Positions 40,901 to 50,829 of a stretch of DNA of 64,000 bases are shown piece after piece. Made by a program: the position numbers and the translations under genes. This stretch comes from Fibrobacteria bacterium (lineage in GTDB: Bacteria > Fibrobacterota > Chitinivibrionia > Chitinivibrionales > FEN-1185): assembly GCA_037447435.1 (NCBI GenBank), contig JBBIGR010000002.1, positions 1 through 64,000 of the forward strand, in the 5' to 3' direction. The first letter of the stretch is position 1; every line of letters begins with the position of its first letter. Below the pieces are notes generated by a model. It ran no database searches. It was given only the letters and a program-made list of their open reading frames with translations, and had not been told where the DNA came from.

Positions 40901-41471
40901 TGCGCAAAAGGTCTTGACGCGTTTTATCGAGCTGGCGCAAGCTTTCTTTTCTGCGTTCTTTATATTTTCCTATGCCTGCGGCTTCTTCGAACAGGGTGCG
41001 GCGTTCTTCCGCTTTATCGGAGAGAATCGTATTGATCATGGCGTTTTCGATGGTCGTATACGCCGAATTGCCCACGCCCGTATCGAGAAACATCGTATGA
41101 ATGTCGCGGAGCCTGCAGGGAACTCTATTTACCAAGTATTCGCTTTCACCGCTTCTGTAAATTCTTCTGGTTATCGCCACTTCGGCATAATCCGACGGCA
41201 ACAGTTTTTTATTATTCTCAATGGTAAGGGTGACTTCGGCCATATTCAGGGCCGAGCGTTTGGTCGAGCCGGAGAAAATCACGTCCTGCATATTGGATCC
41301 GCGAAGAACCGATGCACGCTGTTCGCCGAAAACCCAACGCACCGCATCGATGACATTGCTTTTTCCGCAACCGTTCGGTCCAATGACCGCAGTAACGCCT
41401 TCACCGAATTCTACTTCTGTTTTTTCCGCAAAAGATTTAAACCCGAATATCGAAAGCTTGCGCAAAATCAT
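37926..41471 (-). CDS. smc: Chromosome segregation protein SMC
   Basis: GFKSF, GPNGCGKSN, long coiled coils with hinge, LSGGE, LDELDAPLD. Confidence 0.97.
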   Translation of the reverse strand: MILRKLSIFGFKSFAEKTEVEFGEGVTAVIGPNGCGKSNVIDAVRWVFGEQRASVLRGSNMQDVIFSGSTKRSALNMAEVTLTIENNKKLLPSDYAEVAITRRIYRSGESEYLVNRVPCRLRDIHTMFLDTGVGNSAYTTIENAMINTILSDKAEERRTLFEEAAGIGKYKERRKESLRQLDKTRQDLLRINDKAQEADRQVRMLARHVEKANRYKRYFTDLKSLEVGFENRRFTTLAEAMLARKKDIDESEERRTRIKAGVATSEAGIEKKQLAALEQEKELEIASRNVSEANEKIITLDREVSVSKERLAFQKENVVRCQRDQAGLQEQIENSSTLKIQLEKGIIEHGTELDQCKEKVARAQAELASVDGKVGAIRKEAERLSSEQINIINAIGERKNVIASLRSNLSNSIERKDRDEKQLQTLQTRLDEYFDAMERCKAQLASAHEAHQNLSASREVLLGRIEKEDENYQNLIEKEKRLEAQIDSYKSQRTFLEGLDASFEGYEAGVKALVANKSSGAVGIVADLVRVPDEAVVGLVERVLGQTIQTVVFKTDADLKAAVAYLNTEKAGYARMVSLQRLSKLSFKNQSMPGTEQLRSYVQTASEYSCVADYLFSNMHLTATSDEAIGRSADNADSIFVSRDGVVCLQNGCVLAGTPKKQQAGLLQRKQQIEKLAVDIERSENDYQRIVHEKEICIINRDEAKFALVEVDEKLNAGRQMQQEQETTIRHYENESKTIDATMQNIHGELAKTRDRITDCETRIVEAEKACEELSAKRLAIETEGEQSRTGLALTQEERNRMAEHLKNIELEMMGLANRINQEKQDIERLSKNIVDFTAKKESVSIEKHNAESEIQSLESGIGAKEQQLVLQTEQRAQLESIRDNQREKYSAILLEIDEIRKSLKTESGDVEELSNRIHGLELEQTRDEQEKRRIRERIWQAYEVDLETPPSDIMVVAEEDAAVAENINMFKERLRRLGDVNMAALNEFETESARLKEMTMQRDDLQTAVDDLEKAIKKLDKEARTQFVLTFEQVQKNFVTMFTTLFEGGEACLSLEENVDPLEAAITINVRPAGKKMRGVGLLSGGERALTAISLLFSLYLVKPSAYCILDELDAPLDDANIGRFVNILKKFSEQTQFIVVTHNKRTMEAADLLYGVTQMERGVSTIVSVKFEEAALQAA

Positions 41472-41660
41472 GGGTTATTATTCCCTCACTAGCAGGATGT
41501 TAATTAAAAAAAACATACTATTAATAGAAATAAGGGCTACAATAGATTGTCTTTAGTTTCAACTAAGATACAATATATGGGGGATATAGTCAATAGTAGA
41601 TTTAGCAGTTTCCGATAATATTTGGAAGGGTTTTTGCTCTTAAAAATTTATGCAAAAACA

Positions 41661-42488
41661 TCAACCTAACATGGTCTGGGTTTGTTTTTTATGTTCAAAT
41701 GCGGAAAAGGTATGAATTCCCTTTTTTTTCAGCGTATTTATAATTTGCGGAAATGCTTTTCCCACTAATTCCGGCGTATGGGCATCCGAGCCGATGGTAA
41801 TGGTCGCATCGTTTTCTTTTATTTGGGAAAGAAACATATCGTAAACGTCATAGGTTTGTCGATCGTCGATTTTAGACCACAAATACCCGTTTGCATTGAC
41901 TTCGAGATTAGAAAGATGTTTTGCCGAAAGTTTCGTTATTTTCGAAAGGTATTCGGCCATTTTTTCCTGCGGAATATCGGACCAGGCAACATAACGCCAT
42001 ATAAAATCGACATGGGCAATGGATTGGAAAATTCCGGATTCAATGGCGGATTCGATTGCAGCAAAATAAGTTTCATAAACTTTTTTTGCATCCACCTTGG
42101 CATATTGCGACAAATGACGCCATCCGACTGAAGGAAGACAATGAATCGACCCGAGCAAGAAATCAAATGGATAGGAGGCAACGATATCTTCGAGAATGGT
42201 TTCTGCCCCTTCGATATAGTCGACCTCAAGCCCGATTCGTATGGAAATGCGATCTTCATATGCCTCACGCAAATCCAAAAGTTCCGAGAAATACCGGGCA
42301 ACATCGCGCTCGGTCATACCCCAATCCCAATATCGCTTCTTTTGTATTTTGCTTAAATAATAACGACCGAGATGATCCGAAAAACCGATTTGGGAAAAGC
42401 CCAGTTTTATAGCAGTCTCGATATAGTCTATGGTCTTGCCTTGCGCATGGCCGCAGTAGGGAGTGTGTACGTGATAGTCGGCGAGCAA
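41661..42488 (-). CDS. Histidinol-phosphatase, PHP family (HisJ/HisK-like)
   Basis: DYHVHT..CGHA, GFSDH, GLEVDY, GSIH, AHVD, GSDAH. Confidence 0.85.
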   Translation of the reverse strand: MLADYHVHTPYCGHAQGKTIDYIETAIKLGFSQIGFSDHLGRYYLSKIQKKRYWDWGMTERDVARYFSELLDLREAYEDRISIRIGLEVDYIEGAETILEDIVASYPFDFLLGSIHCLPSVGWRHLSQYAKVDAKKVYETYFAAIESAIESGIFQSIAHVDFIWRYVAWSDIPQEKMAEYLSKITKLSAKHLSNLEVNANGYLWSKIDDRQTYDVYDMFLSQIKENDATITIGSDAHTPELVGKAFPQIINTLKKKGIHTFSAFEHKKQTQTMLG

Positions 42489-42560
42489 GAAAACCTATTT
42501 TTCTGCTAAATGGAAGATGCTATGGATGATAAGATTTCGTTTTTTTATCGATATATGCTA

Positions 42561-44012
42561 TTAAACTTTTAATTCCGTTTTATCTATTTTGCCGTACGAT
42601 TCGGCGCGAGCAAGAACGACATCAACGACGTCTTTAATGAATTCTTCGGTTTGTTGCGGTGCCCGCCCGACGAATGCCGAAACATCCAGAATACGATCCA
42701 AATCCGCTTTGGTAAGCATAAAGGCCCCATCGCAAAGAATGCGGTCAAGCAAATCGTTCGGTTTGCCTTCAAGCTTAATACCTTTGCCCGCATCCATAGA
42801 ATATTGTCTGATCCGCTCGTGCAAAACTTGTCTGTCCCCGCCTTTTTTTACCGCTTCCATGAGAATATTTTCAGTTGCCATAAACGGCAATTCTTCTGCA
42901 ACATGGCGACCAATTACTTTGGGATATACGACCAACCCGTTGCAAACATTTTGGCCGATAATCAAAACCGCATCTGCAGCAAGAAACGCCTCGGGTACCG
43001 ACAATCGTTTATTGGCCGAATCATCGAGCGTTCTTTCGAACCATTGTTCCGAAGCGGTCATGGCCGGCGACGATGAAAGCGACAGGATATAACGTGCAAG
43101 CGAGGTCATTCTTTCCGAACGCATAGGATTTCTTTTATATGCCATTGCCGAAGATCCGACCTGGCCTTTTTCGAAAGGTTCCTCTATTTCGCGCAAATTG
43201 GCAAGTAGTCGGATATCGTTTGCTATTTTATGACAAGACTGTGCGATTTGGGATAAAACAGCAAGTGTTTGGCTATCGATTTTCCGGGAATATGTCTGAC
43301 CCGAAACCGGAACCGACCCTTCAAAACCCATTTTTTTTGCAACCATGAGATCGAGCTTTTTAACTTTTTCCGCATCGTTGTTGAATAAGCTCATATAGCT
43401 TGCCTGGGTACCGGTTGTCCCTTTTACCCCTAAAAACGGCATCGATGCATATTGTTTTTCCAATGCTTCAAAATCCATCACGAGTTCATATAACCACAGG
43501 CAAGCCCGTTTTCCCACGGTCGTGAGTTGCGCAGGTTGAAAATGGGTAAATCCGAGCGTAGCCAGATCCTTTTGCTGCAACGCGAAATCCCGCAGCGAAC
43601 GAATCATTTCCGACATCCGCCGCAAAAGCACCAAACAGGCCTCTTTCATTTGTATTAAATCGGTATTGTCCCCGACAAAAGCGCTTGTCGCGCCCAAATG
43701 AATAATGGGTTTGGCTTTGGGGCACGCATCGCCGAACGCGTGAATATGCGCCATGACATCATGCCTGGTTTTCGCCTCGTAGGCGGCGGCAGTGTCGTAA
43801 TCTATGTCGGTAATATGCTGTTTCATCTCCTCGATTTGTTCGGTCAATATACGCAAGCCGAGCTCTTTTTCACATTCCGCAAGCGCAACCCACAATTTCC
43901 GCCACGTGCTGAATTTAAAATCCGGAGAAAAAAGGAAAGACATTTCCTTGCTTGCATATCGTTCCAACAATGGATTCACATACATATTCGTTGCTGTTTT
44001 TGAACTCGTCAT
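42561..44012 (-). CDS. purB: Adenylosuccinate lyase
   Basis: RYASKEM, RHDVMAH, HLGATS, GFTHFQPAQ, GSSAMAYKRNP. Confidence 0.97.
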   Translation of the reverse strand: MTSSKTATNMYVNPLLERYASKEMSFLFSPDFKFSTWRKLWVALAECEKELGLRILTEQIEEMKQHITDIDYDTAAAYEAKTRHDVMAHIHAFGDACPKAKPIIHLGATSAFVGDNTDLIQMKEACLVLLRRMSEMIRSLRDFALQQKDLATLGFTHFQPAQLTTVGKRACLWLYELVMDFEALEKQYASMPFLGVKGTTGTQASYMSLFNNDAEKVKKLDLMVAKKMGFEGSVPVSGQTYSRKIDSQTLAVLSQIAQSCHKIANDIRLLANLREIEEPFEKGQVGSSAMAYKRNPMRSERMTSLARYILSLSSSPAMTASEQWFERTLDDSANKRLSVPEAFLAADAVLIIGQNVCNGLVVYPKVIGRHVAEELPFMATENILMEAVKKGGDRQVLHERIRQYSMDAGKGIKLEGKPNDLLDRILCDGAFMLTKADLDRILDVSAFVGRAPQQTEEFIKDVVDVVLARAESYGKIDKTELKV

Positions 44013-44280
44013 TATCGTTCCCTTTAAATCGAATGTCGTGTCGATAAAAAAAATTGTACCCGATTAAAAAGCATATCAACCATTTTAATCAGGTGAAAGC
44101 CGGTCGGTTTTCAAATATAGTTTATTGGTCCGGTCTTCTCACACAACCCAAATCGAAGAAAAGCAATTTTTATTTTTATTGAGATAAAACTTGATGATTG
44201 GGCTTGGTATTGCTATTTTACATTATTAATTGATAATCAATATTATATAACATCACTTTTCCTTTGGAGGGAGAAGATAC

Positions 44281-45381
44281 ATGAAGAACGTATCGCTTAC
44301 CCGTATTATGTCGGTTCTTGCCGCAATCATCGTTTTTGTCGCTCCGGTAAGAAGTCAGCAATCGGTCGAAGATCTTATGGCTTCCGGAAGTGGGCTGCTT
44401 AAAAACGGATCCTACACCGAGGCGGCCGGCATTTTTCGCAAAGTAGTATCAATGGAACCGCGAAATTTTGAAGCGCAATACAACCTTGCTTTTGCTTATT
44501 TGCAAAGCGAGCGCTACGATAAAGCGGTTGCCGAATTCAACAAAGCCTTATCCCTGGAACCTAAAAATGCGGACTGTTGGGCAAATATCGGTTTTGCGTA
44601 TGAACGATTGGGGAAAACGCAAAAAGCGGCCGATGCAATATCGCGTTCCGTCGAACTCAATCCCAATAATGTCGAAGCGCGCATGAATCTTGCGGCAATG
44701 TATGAAAATGCAAACGCGTTCGATAAAGCCATTGCCCATTACGAAGCAGTGATTAAAATCGACGGAAGCCGCAGCGATGCCTATAACGGTGTAGCCCGTT
44801 GTCTTTCGGACAAGGGAAATGTTCCGGGCGCAAAAAAATACCTTCAGGAAGCAATCAGCAAAGATGCGAACAATGCCGAAGCGCATTGGCTCATGGCCAA
44901 CATTCTTTGGAAAAAAGAAAATAATGCCGTCGAAGCTTTTAAAGAATACCGCACCTCGATTACGCTCGACCCCAATTCCCAGGTGTTCTATGAAAACATG
45001 GCCTTGCTGCAGGAAGAAATGGGAAACAAGGAAGACGCAATCGAAACGTGGAAGAAATACCTGATTTATTTGAACGAAGCCATTAAAAAGGAAGAAGTCC
45101 AGAAAAGAATAGACAAATTAGAGCGCGGCGAAACCCCCGGTGCGACACCGAAATCCGAAGCGAAAATCAACCGCGACAAATCGTCACAGGAAAGCGCCGA
45201 GCGCATGAACGCGCTGAAAAGCGAGCTTCGCAACGATAAAAAATCCGATGCAAAACGTCTGGAAACACAACCCGTAGACATCGGATCCGATATTGCCAAT
45301 ATTTCCAAAGATACGTCCAATGCCATCGATCTTCGCAAGGAAGCAAAACGCAAAGCGGAATCGAAAAAGGAATCGCAGTAA
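44281..45381 (+). CDS. Exported tetratricopeptide repeat protein
   Basis: Signal peptide plus multiple TPRs (AQYNLAFAY, ARMNLAAMY etc.); RBS GGAGG. Confidence 0.9.
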   Translation: MKNVSLTRIMSVLAAIIVFVAPVRSQQSVEDLMASGSGLLKNGSYTEAAGIFRKVVSMEPRNFEAQYNLAFAYLQSERYDKAVAEFNKALSLEPKNADCWANIGFAYERLGKTQKAADAISRSVELNPNNVEARMNLAAMYENANAFDKAIAHYEAVIKIDGSRSDAYNGVARCLSDKGNVPGAKKYLQEAISKDANNAEAHWLMANILWKKENNAVEAFKEYRTSITLDPNSQVFYENMALLQEEMGNKEDAIETWKKYLIYLNEAIKKEEVQKRIDKLERGETPGATPKSEAKINRDKSSQESAERMNALKSELRNDKKSDAKRLETQPVDIGSDIANISKDTSNAIDLRKEAKRKAESKKESQ

Positions 45382-45390
45382 CCGTAAGGA

Positions 45391-45518
45391 TGTAGGGGTT
45401 GTTGTTGTTGTAGGGGCGTATAATCATACGCCCGTACAAAACAGGGGCGTTTCGTATTTTTGTAGGGGCGTATAATTATACGCCCCTACAATCCTACTAC
45501 TACTACTACGCCCCTACT
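45391..45518. repeat. Cluster of GTAG-type REP palindromes with GTT/CTA microsatellite arms
   Basis: GTAGGGGCGTATAATCATACGCCCGTAC (45410-45437); perfect TGTAGGGGCGTATAATTATACGCCCCTACA (45461-45490); extra half-sites. Confidence 0.88.
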
Positions 45519-45533
45519 GCCTTACAAATTTTT

Positions 45534-46451
45534 ATGACGCCGACCAATCCTCATTATTTTTCCTATCGCGATTATCTTAATAACCGTTTCAAAACATCGG
45601 TTTTAAAATTTCCCGTTAATGCCGGTTTTTCATGTCCAAACCGCGACGGCAAGCTCTCCTCTGTCGGATGCTCGTTTTGCGATAACCGCTCGTTTTCACC
45701 GGTCGCGCTGTCGGCGCAATCGGTTCTTGACCAACTTAAAAACGCTCTTGTCAAAGACAAAAACAAGCACGGCAAATATATAGCCTATTTTCAGCCTTTT
45801 TCAAACACCTATGCCTCGGTAGCGCATTTACAGGAACTATACGAACCCATCATCACGCTCAAGGATTTCGCAGGCATCGCGATCGGCACGCGGCCCGACT
45901 GCTTTACCGACAATATTTACGATTATCTCGAAGATGTTGCGAAAAGGACTTATTGCAGCGTCGAACTGGGCCTGCAAAGCGCGGACAATGAAGTTCTTTC
46001 GCTCCATAAACGCGGGCATACTGTCGAAGATTTCATCGCTGCGGTGGAAAAACTCCATGCAAAAAACATCGAAGTCGTTGCGCATGTCATGATCGGGCTT
46101 TCGCAAAACGCCGCAAACGATGCGATGAAAACCGCACGATTGCTCGCAAACCTTCCCGTCGACGGAGTAAAAATCCATCAGCTGATGATCATTCGGGGCA
46201 CCGCGCTTGAAACGATGTTTGCAAATCATACAATCAGCGTTCTGTCTCTCGAGGAATATGCAAATATCGTCTGCGATTTTTTAGAAACGCTACGGCCAAA
46301 CCAGCACATTCACCGCATCATGGCCGATTCCAAAACAAACAAAGGCCTCATAGAACCGCTGTGGAGCGCCGACAAAATGAAATCAATGGGTTTCATTCAC
46401 GGGGTAATGGACAAAAGGAATATTGTGCAGGGAAAAAAATGCGGCATATAA
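45534..46451 (+). CDS. Radical SAM protein, TIGR01212/YhcC family
   Basis: AGFSCPNRDG..GCSFC, AYFQPFSNTY, IGTRPDC, ELGLQS, GVKIHQL. Confidence 0.92.
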   Translation: MTPTNPHYFSYRDYLNNRFKTSVLKFPVNAGFSCPNRDGKLSSVGCSFCDNRSFSPVALSAQSVLDQLKNALVKDKNKHGKYIAYFQPFSNTYASVAHLQELYEPIITLKDFAGIAIGTRPDCFTDNIYDYLEDVAKRTYCSVELGLQSADNEVLSLHKRGHTVEDFIAAVEKLHAKNIEVVAHVMIGLSQNAANDAMKTARLLANLPVDGVKIHQLMIIRGTALETMFANHTISVLSLEEYANIVCDFLETLRPNQHIHRIMADSKTNKGLIEPLWSADKMKSMGFIHGVMDKRNIVQGKKCGI

Positions 46452-46455
46452 AAAC

Positions 46456-48150
46456 TTAGTTTTTCGAACAAACAATAATGCTTTTGCGCATGGTACCCGA
46501 TGCGGTTTCCACCTTCACAAAATACACTCCCTGCGGCAACAAAGAAACATCGAACCATGTTTCGCCGTTTCCGTATCGCAGTGCGATCAGTTTTCCCGAA
46601 ACGCCGTACAACGAAACGCTCATATGCGAGGCAGGCATTGCATTGGTCACGACAAGCCGCGAGCCGATAATGCGCGCCGAAACGCGCGGGGATGCGGGTT
46701 TTTGCAGAGCGGGAAAGAGACCTTTTGGGTCCGGTGCAACACTCACCGGCAATTGCGAGCCGCTGGTCTTAAATGGCGACGCCGGCAGTCCTGCTCCGTT
46801 GTAAAGATTAAACAACGGATAATGCGCCCAGGCGTATAAAATCTGCGTTGGCGCGCTCACCGAGGGGCTGGAAACGACAATGGAATCATGATCTATCGCG
46901 GTATTCCCCCATACCCAATTTCCGTTCGACCCGGCAATGGCAAATCCGCTCAACGCGCCGCCGCCCTTTGCGACCAACCCGCCGTCGGTATGGCTAAAAT
47001 GCAGATTGATCTTGTTTCCCTGAACCGACATGCCCGTATACATCGGTCCGCTATACACCCGGGCGGTATTTCCATAGCACAAAGCATCGGCAATAAAAAA
47101 CAGGCGTTTCCCCACATCCCATTTGTCCCACGCGTGCAATTCCGCGGTCCCCGGCGTGGCGTTTTCCCCTAAATCAATAGTCACCGCCATACCCGTGTTG
47201 GGGGTCGATAGTGCAAGCCGCTGCGCCTCGCGTATCATGGCCCAGGTGTCGGTCGGCCCCACGGGATTGGTCTGCAAACCGTTGACACTCGGGAGCTGCA
47301 CATAGACTATGGGGAAATTCCCCTGGCCCCAAACCTTGCGCCACCCTTGCATAAGGGCCACAAACCGGTTTTGATAATGGGAAGCCGACCAGTTGGGATG
47401 CGCCGGATACGGTTCAGAGGCATTGTTTTCGCCTTGATACCAAATCAGCCCCCGGACCGCATACGGCACAAGGGGCGCAATCAGGCTGCGAAAGAGCGTC
47501 CCTGCGGCAGTGTCTTTTGCTATCAGAGAATCGGCGGCAATTGAAGCGGAATCCATCCATCGTTCAATGTCCGTTCCGCCAAGCGCGCTTAATACCACAC
47601 CGACGGGAATGTTCAAGCTTTTCTGGAGATTACGACTAAAATAATAGGCTGTAGCGGAGAAATTAAGCGCCGCATCCGGCGTACAAATACTCCAGTTTCC
47701 ACCGGCCAGGAAATTTAGGAACCTAAGATTCGGATAATTGGCGGTTGTAGCGGAATCCACATTGGGCCCGCCTATGGTTTTCATGGAATACGCCATATTG
47801 GATTGACCGCTTGCGAACCATACTTCGCCAACCATCACGTCGTTTACGGTGATCGCGGTCGCTCCTTGCACCTTGAGCTGAAAAGGCCCGCCGGCCTGCA
47901 TCGAATCCCATAAAACGGTCCATTTGCCGTTTACACCCGCAACAGCGGTTTTAGTTTGGCCGTTGAAGGTGACCGTAACATTCTCGGTATTATTGGCATT
48001 ACCCCATATCGGTACTTTCATATTGCGTTGCAAGACCATATGATCGCTGAAAAAGGAAGCCAGGCTCGTGGCCTGGACTTCCGTCACCATAGTGGCCAAT
48101 AACCCAAGTAAAAGGAATATCCTTCTGCAAGCAATGAAAGACAAGTTCAT
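46456..48150 (-). CDS. Sialate/carbohydrate O-acetylesterase (SASA) with C-terminal sorting-like domain
   Basis: SDHMVLQR, GEVWFASGQSNM, WYQGENN, GLPASPF; C-terminal GVYFVKV. Confidence 0.9.
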   Translation of the reverse strand: MNLSFIACRRIFLLLGLLATMVTEVQATSLASFFSDHMVLQRNMKVPIWGNANNTENVTVTFNGQTKTAVAGVNGKWTVLWDSMQAGGPFQLKVQGATAITVNDVMVGEVWFASGQSNMAYSMKTIGGPNVDSATTANYPNLRFLNFLAGGNWSICTPDAALNFSATAYYFSRNLQKSLNIPVGVVLSALGGTDIERWMDSASIAADSLIAKDTAAGTLFRSLIAPLVPYAVRGLIWYQGENNASEPYPAHPNWSASHYQNRFVALMQGWRKVWGQGNFPIVYVQLPSVNGLQTNPVGPTDTWAMIREAQRLALSTPNTGMAVTIDLGENATPGTAELHAWDKWDVGKRLFFIADALCYGNTARVYSGPMYTGMSVQGNKINLHFSHTDGGLVAKGGGALSGFAIAGSNGNWVWGNTAIDHDSIVVSSPSVSAPTQILYAWAHYPLFNLYNGAGLPASPFKTSGSQLPVSVAPDPKGLFPALQKPASPRVSARIIGSRLVVTNAMPASHMSVSLYGVSGKLIALRYGNGETWFDVSLLPQGVYFVKVETASGTMRKSIIVCSKN

Positions 48151-48315
48151 TTTTTTATCCCTAAAAAAAATAAAAGGAGTCAAATTCCATCATGGTATTC
48201 AATAGTGATTTTATAATTTCCGTATACGGATCGCACACAAAATAATGGCCGAATTCATACATGAATTTGTCCAATTGGCACGCGGTTTGATTTCTATTTA
48301 TGTATATATCGTCGC

Positions 48316-49923
48316 ATGAATCAGGGGTCCACAATTTTCTATGGTGTTGTTGTGTTGCAAAAACGTGACATCGATATTGGCGTCCCGAATCAAAGTGCGA
48401 ACGAATCGTACAAATGGTGGTTGCTTGCCAACATTATGGTTAGTACGTTCATGGTTGTGCTCGATGCGACCATTGTCAATACCGCGCTGCCTAAGGTAAT
48501 GGCATCATTCGGCATTTCCATCGACCTGGCGCAATGGGTGCTCACCGCATATATGCTTGCATTTGCGATTATGCTTCCAACATCTGGGTGGATTGCGGAC
48601 CGGTTCGGCTATAAACGCATTTTTGCGCTCTCACTTGCGATATTTTCTTTGTTTTCGTTTCTATGCGGTATTTCGTGGAACGAGAAATCGCTCATTGTTA
48701 TGCGGATCGGACAGGGGTTGGGCGGCGGCCTGCTTCAGCCGATAGGAATGGCCATCATCTTGAGAGAATTTCCCCCGCAAAAGCGCGGCTTAGTCCTGGG
48801 CTTCTGGTCAATATCCGTTGCAGCTTCCGTGTCTCTTGGACCTATGATCGGCGGCTATATTGCAGACAATTTCGACTGGCATCTCATCTTTACCATCAAC
48901 GTGCCTGTGGGAATCGTTTGTTTTTTCGCAACCTGGATAATCCAGCGCGAATTCAAACTAAAAGAAACACATCCGTTCGATATCATCGGGTTTTTGTCTT
49001 TGGCAATGTTCCTTGGATTTCTGCTTTTTGCCCTTGCCAGCGGCAACGCCGAATGGAACTCGGGCGGGTGGACATCCGACGCCATGATGTTGTGCTATCT
49101 TCTTTCCATCATCGGATGCGTCGTGTTTCTGGTTACCGAATTTAATGTTCGACATCCGCTCGTAGATTTGCGTCTTCTATTCAATTACAATTTTGGTCTC
49201 ACCAACATCGTGCTGTTCATTTTCGGTGTGGCCATGTTCGGCAGCGTTTTCCTTATTCCGCTTTATTTACAGAACATCATGGGATACACTGCTTTACAAT
49301 CCGGTATGGTCCTTTTGCCGGTTGGGATTTTGCAGGCCGCCACCGGACCCTTGGCAGGATACTTTTCCGACAAGGTAAGCTTAAAACCTCCTCTTGTTCT
49401 GGGGATAATCCTGTTTACCCTGAGTTTTCTGCTTAATACCCGGTTGTCAATATTTTCCGAACATGCCCAGATCATGCTTCCCATGTACATGCGCGGATTG
49501 GCCATGGGCATACTTTTCTCTCCGCTTAATGCGGCGGCACTGCTCGATATTTCCAGGCGGGACATGGCCCAGGCCTCGGGAATGACCAACGTGATCCGGC
49601 AGGTAGGAGGCAGCTTCGGCGTGGCGATTTTGCAAACGCTGCTTATCCAACGCGTTAGTTTCCATACCGCTGTTGCCGGCGCGCGCCTCGATGCGTCGTC
49701 GCCGTCTTACGTGGAAACCGCACGGGTAATACAGTCTCACGCCATAATGGCCGCAGGATCATCGCCCCACGACGCGATGACGCAAGCGTCGATTTCCTTG
49801 CACACGTTTTTCGCGCAACAAATGTTCGTATGGGGAATCAATGACGATTTCTTTTTCTCTGCCTTGTGCACTGCCCTGTGTTTCGTGCCAATACTTTTTC
49901 TGAAGACGAAGAAAACAATATAG
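48316..49923 (+). CDS. DHA2/EmrB-family MFS efflux permease
   Basis: LDATIVNTALP, WVLTAYML, GWIADRFG, GPMIGGY, WHLIFTINVPVG. Confidence 0.93.
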   Translation: MNQGSTIFYGVVVLQKRDIDIGVPNQSANESYKWWLLANIMVSTFMVVLDATIVNTALPKVMASFGISIDLAQWVLTAYMLAFAIMLPTSGWIADRFGYKRIFALSLAIFSLFSFLCGISWNEKSLIVMRIGQGLGGGLLQPIGMAIILREFPPQKRGLVLGFWSISVAASVSLGPMIGGYIADNFDWHLIFTINVPVGIVCFFATWIIQREFKLKETHPFDIIGFLSLAMFLGFLLFALASGNAEWNSGGWTSDAMMLCYLLSIIGCVVFLVTEFNVRHPLVDLRLLFNYNFGLTNIVLFIFGVAMFGSVFLIPLYLQNIMGYTALQSGMVLLPVGILQAATGPLAGYFSDKVSLKPPLVLGIILFTLSFLLNTRLSIFSEHAQIMLPMYMRGLAMGILFSPLNAAALLDISRRDMAQASGMTNVIRQVGGSFGVAILQTLLIQRVSFHTAVAGARLDASSPSYVETARVIQSHAIMAAGSSPHDAMTQASISLHTFFAQQMFVWGINDDFFFSALCTALCFVPILFLKTKKTI

Positions 49924-49979
49924 GAAAGTATAGGCTGTTAAAATTTGTTAGGCGTCAATTATTACATTCGTCTGCGTTA

Positions 49980-50762
49980 TTATCCTGCTAACAACACAGA
50001 CGTCATGGACAGTGAGCCTGCCACCATCGTATCGTTAAACAATTTCAATTTGTCACGATCTTCCTGGAGAGCTAAAACATACAATAGCGGTAAATAGTGG
50101 TCGGGCGTGGGAACTGCCAGGCCGAGAGCTTTCCCTTGTTTTTTATAATCAATCAACGACGCATGATCGCCGCTTAAGACCAACGCATTCACTTTTTCGC
50201 GCGCTTCGATCGCCCAATCGTAACCGTAGCCGATCTCATCGAGCCTGTCCCAGGCGACCATGCCGAGATTATGCACGATATTTCCGCTCCCGACAATCAA
50301 TATCCCTTGGTCGCGAAATACGGAGAGTTCTTTTGCCAGGTCGTAATGATAGCGAGCGGGCTTGCTGTAATCCAAGCTCAATTGCACAATAGGAATATCG
50401 GCCTTGGGAAACAAATGCTTTGCCACTGTCCAGCAGCCGTGGTCCAAACCCCATTTTTCGTCGAGGCCGACAGCGGTTTTTTTTACGGTATTCTTTACTT
50501 CTTGCGCCAAAGCGGGATTTCCGGGAGCAGGATACTGCACGGCATATAATTCTTCGGGAAAGCCGCCGAAATCGTGAATGGTCCGCGGCTTTTCCATGGC
50601 GGTCGCATGCGTCCCGGACGTTTCCCAATGCGCCGATATGCACAGCACCGCGCGGGGCAAAGGGATTTCTTTACTTATAGTTCTAAAACCCGCGACGAAT
50701 TCATTCTCTTCAACGGCATTCATCGGACTGCCGTGGCCTACAAACAATACCGGCATTTTCAT
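49980..50762 (-). CDS. ygiD: 4,5-DOPA extradiol dioxygenase (LigB family)
   Basis: PVLFVGHGSPMN, ISAHW, IHDFGGFP, GLDHG, GSGNIVHNL, PTPDHYLPL. Confidence 0.92.
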   Translation of the reverse strand: MKMPVLFVGHGSPMNAVEENEFVAGFRTISKEIPLPRAVLCISAHWETSGTHATAMEKPRTIHDFGGFPEELYAVQYPAPGNPALAQEVKNTVKKTAVGLDEKWGLDHGCWTVAKHLFPKADIPIVQLSLDYSKPARYHYDLAKELSVFRDQGILIVGSGNIVHNLGMVAWDRLDEIGYGYDWAIEAREKVNALVLSGDHASLIDYKKQGKALGLAVPTPDHYLPLLYVLALQEDRDKLKLFNDTMVAGSLSMTSVLLAG

Positions 50763-50829
50763 AGTGCACGTCCTTCCTTCACTGATGCGCATTGCGGTTT
50801 GCGACGAAAAGGAAAAGCGAATTCGGCCG

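Noticed and set aside
38814..41492. 558-aa and 331-aa plus-strand ORFs
   Set aside because: Antisense shadows of smc.
45391..45518. Possible mini CRISPR array
   Set aside because: The units are self-palindromic REPs with no regular unique spacers, and no cas genes are present.
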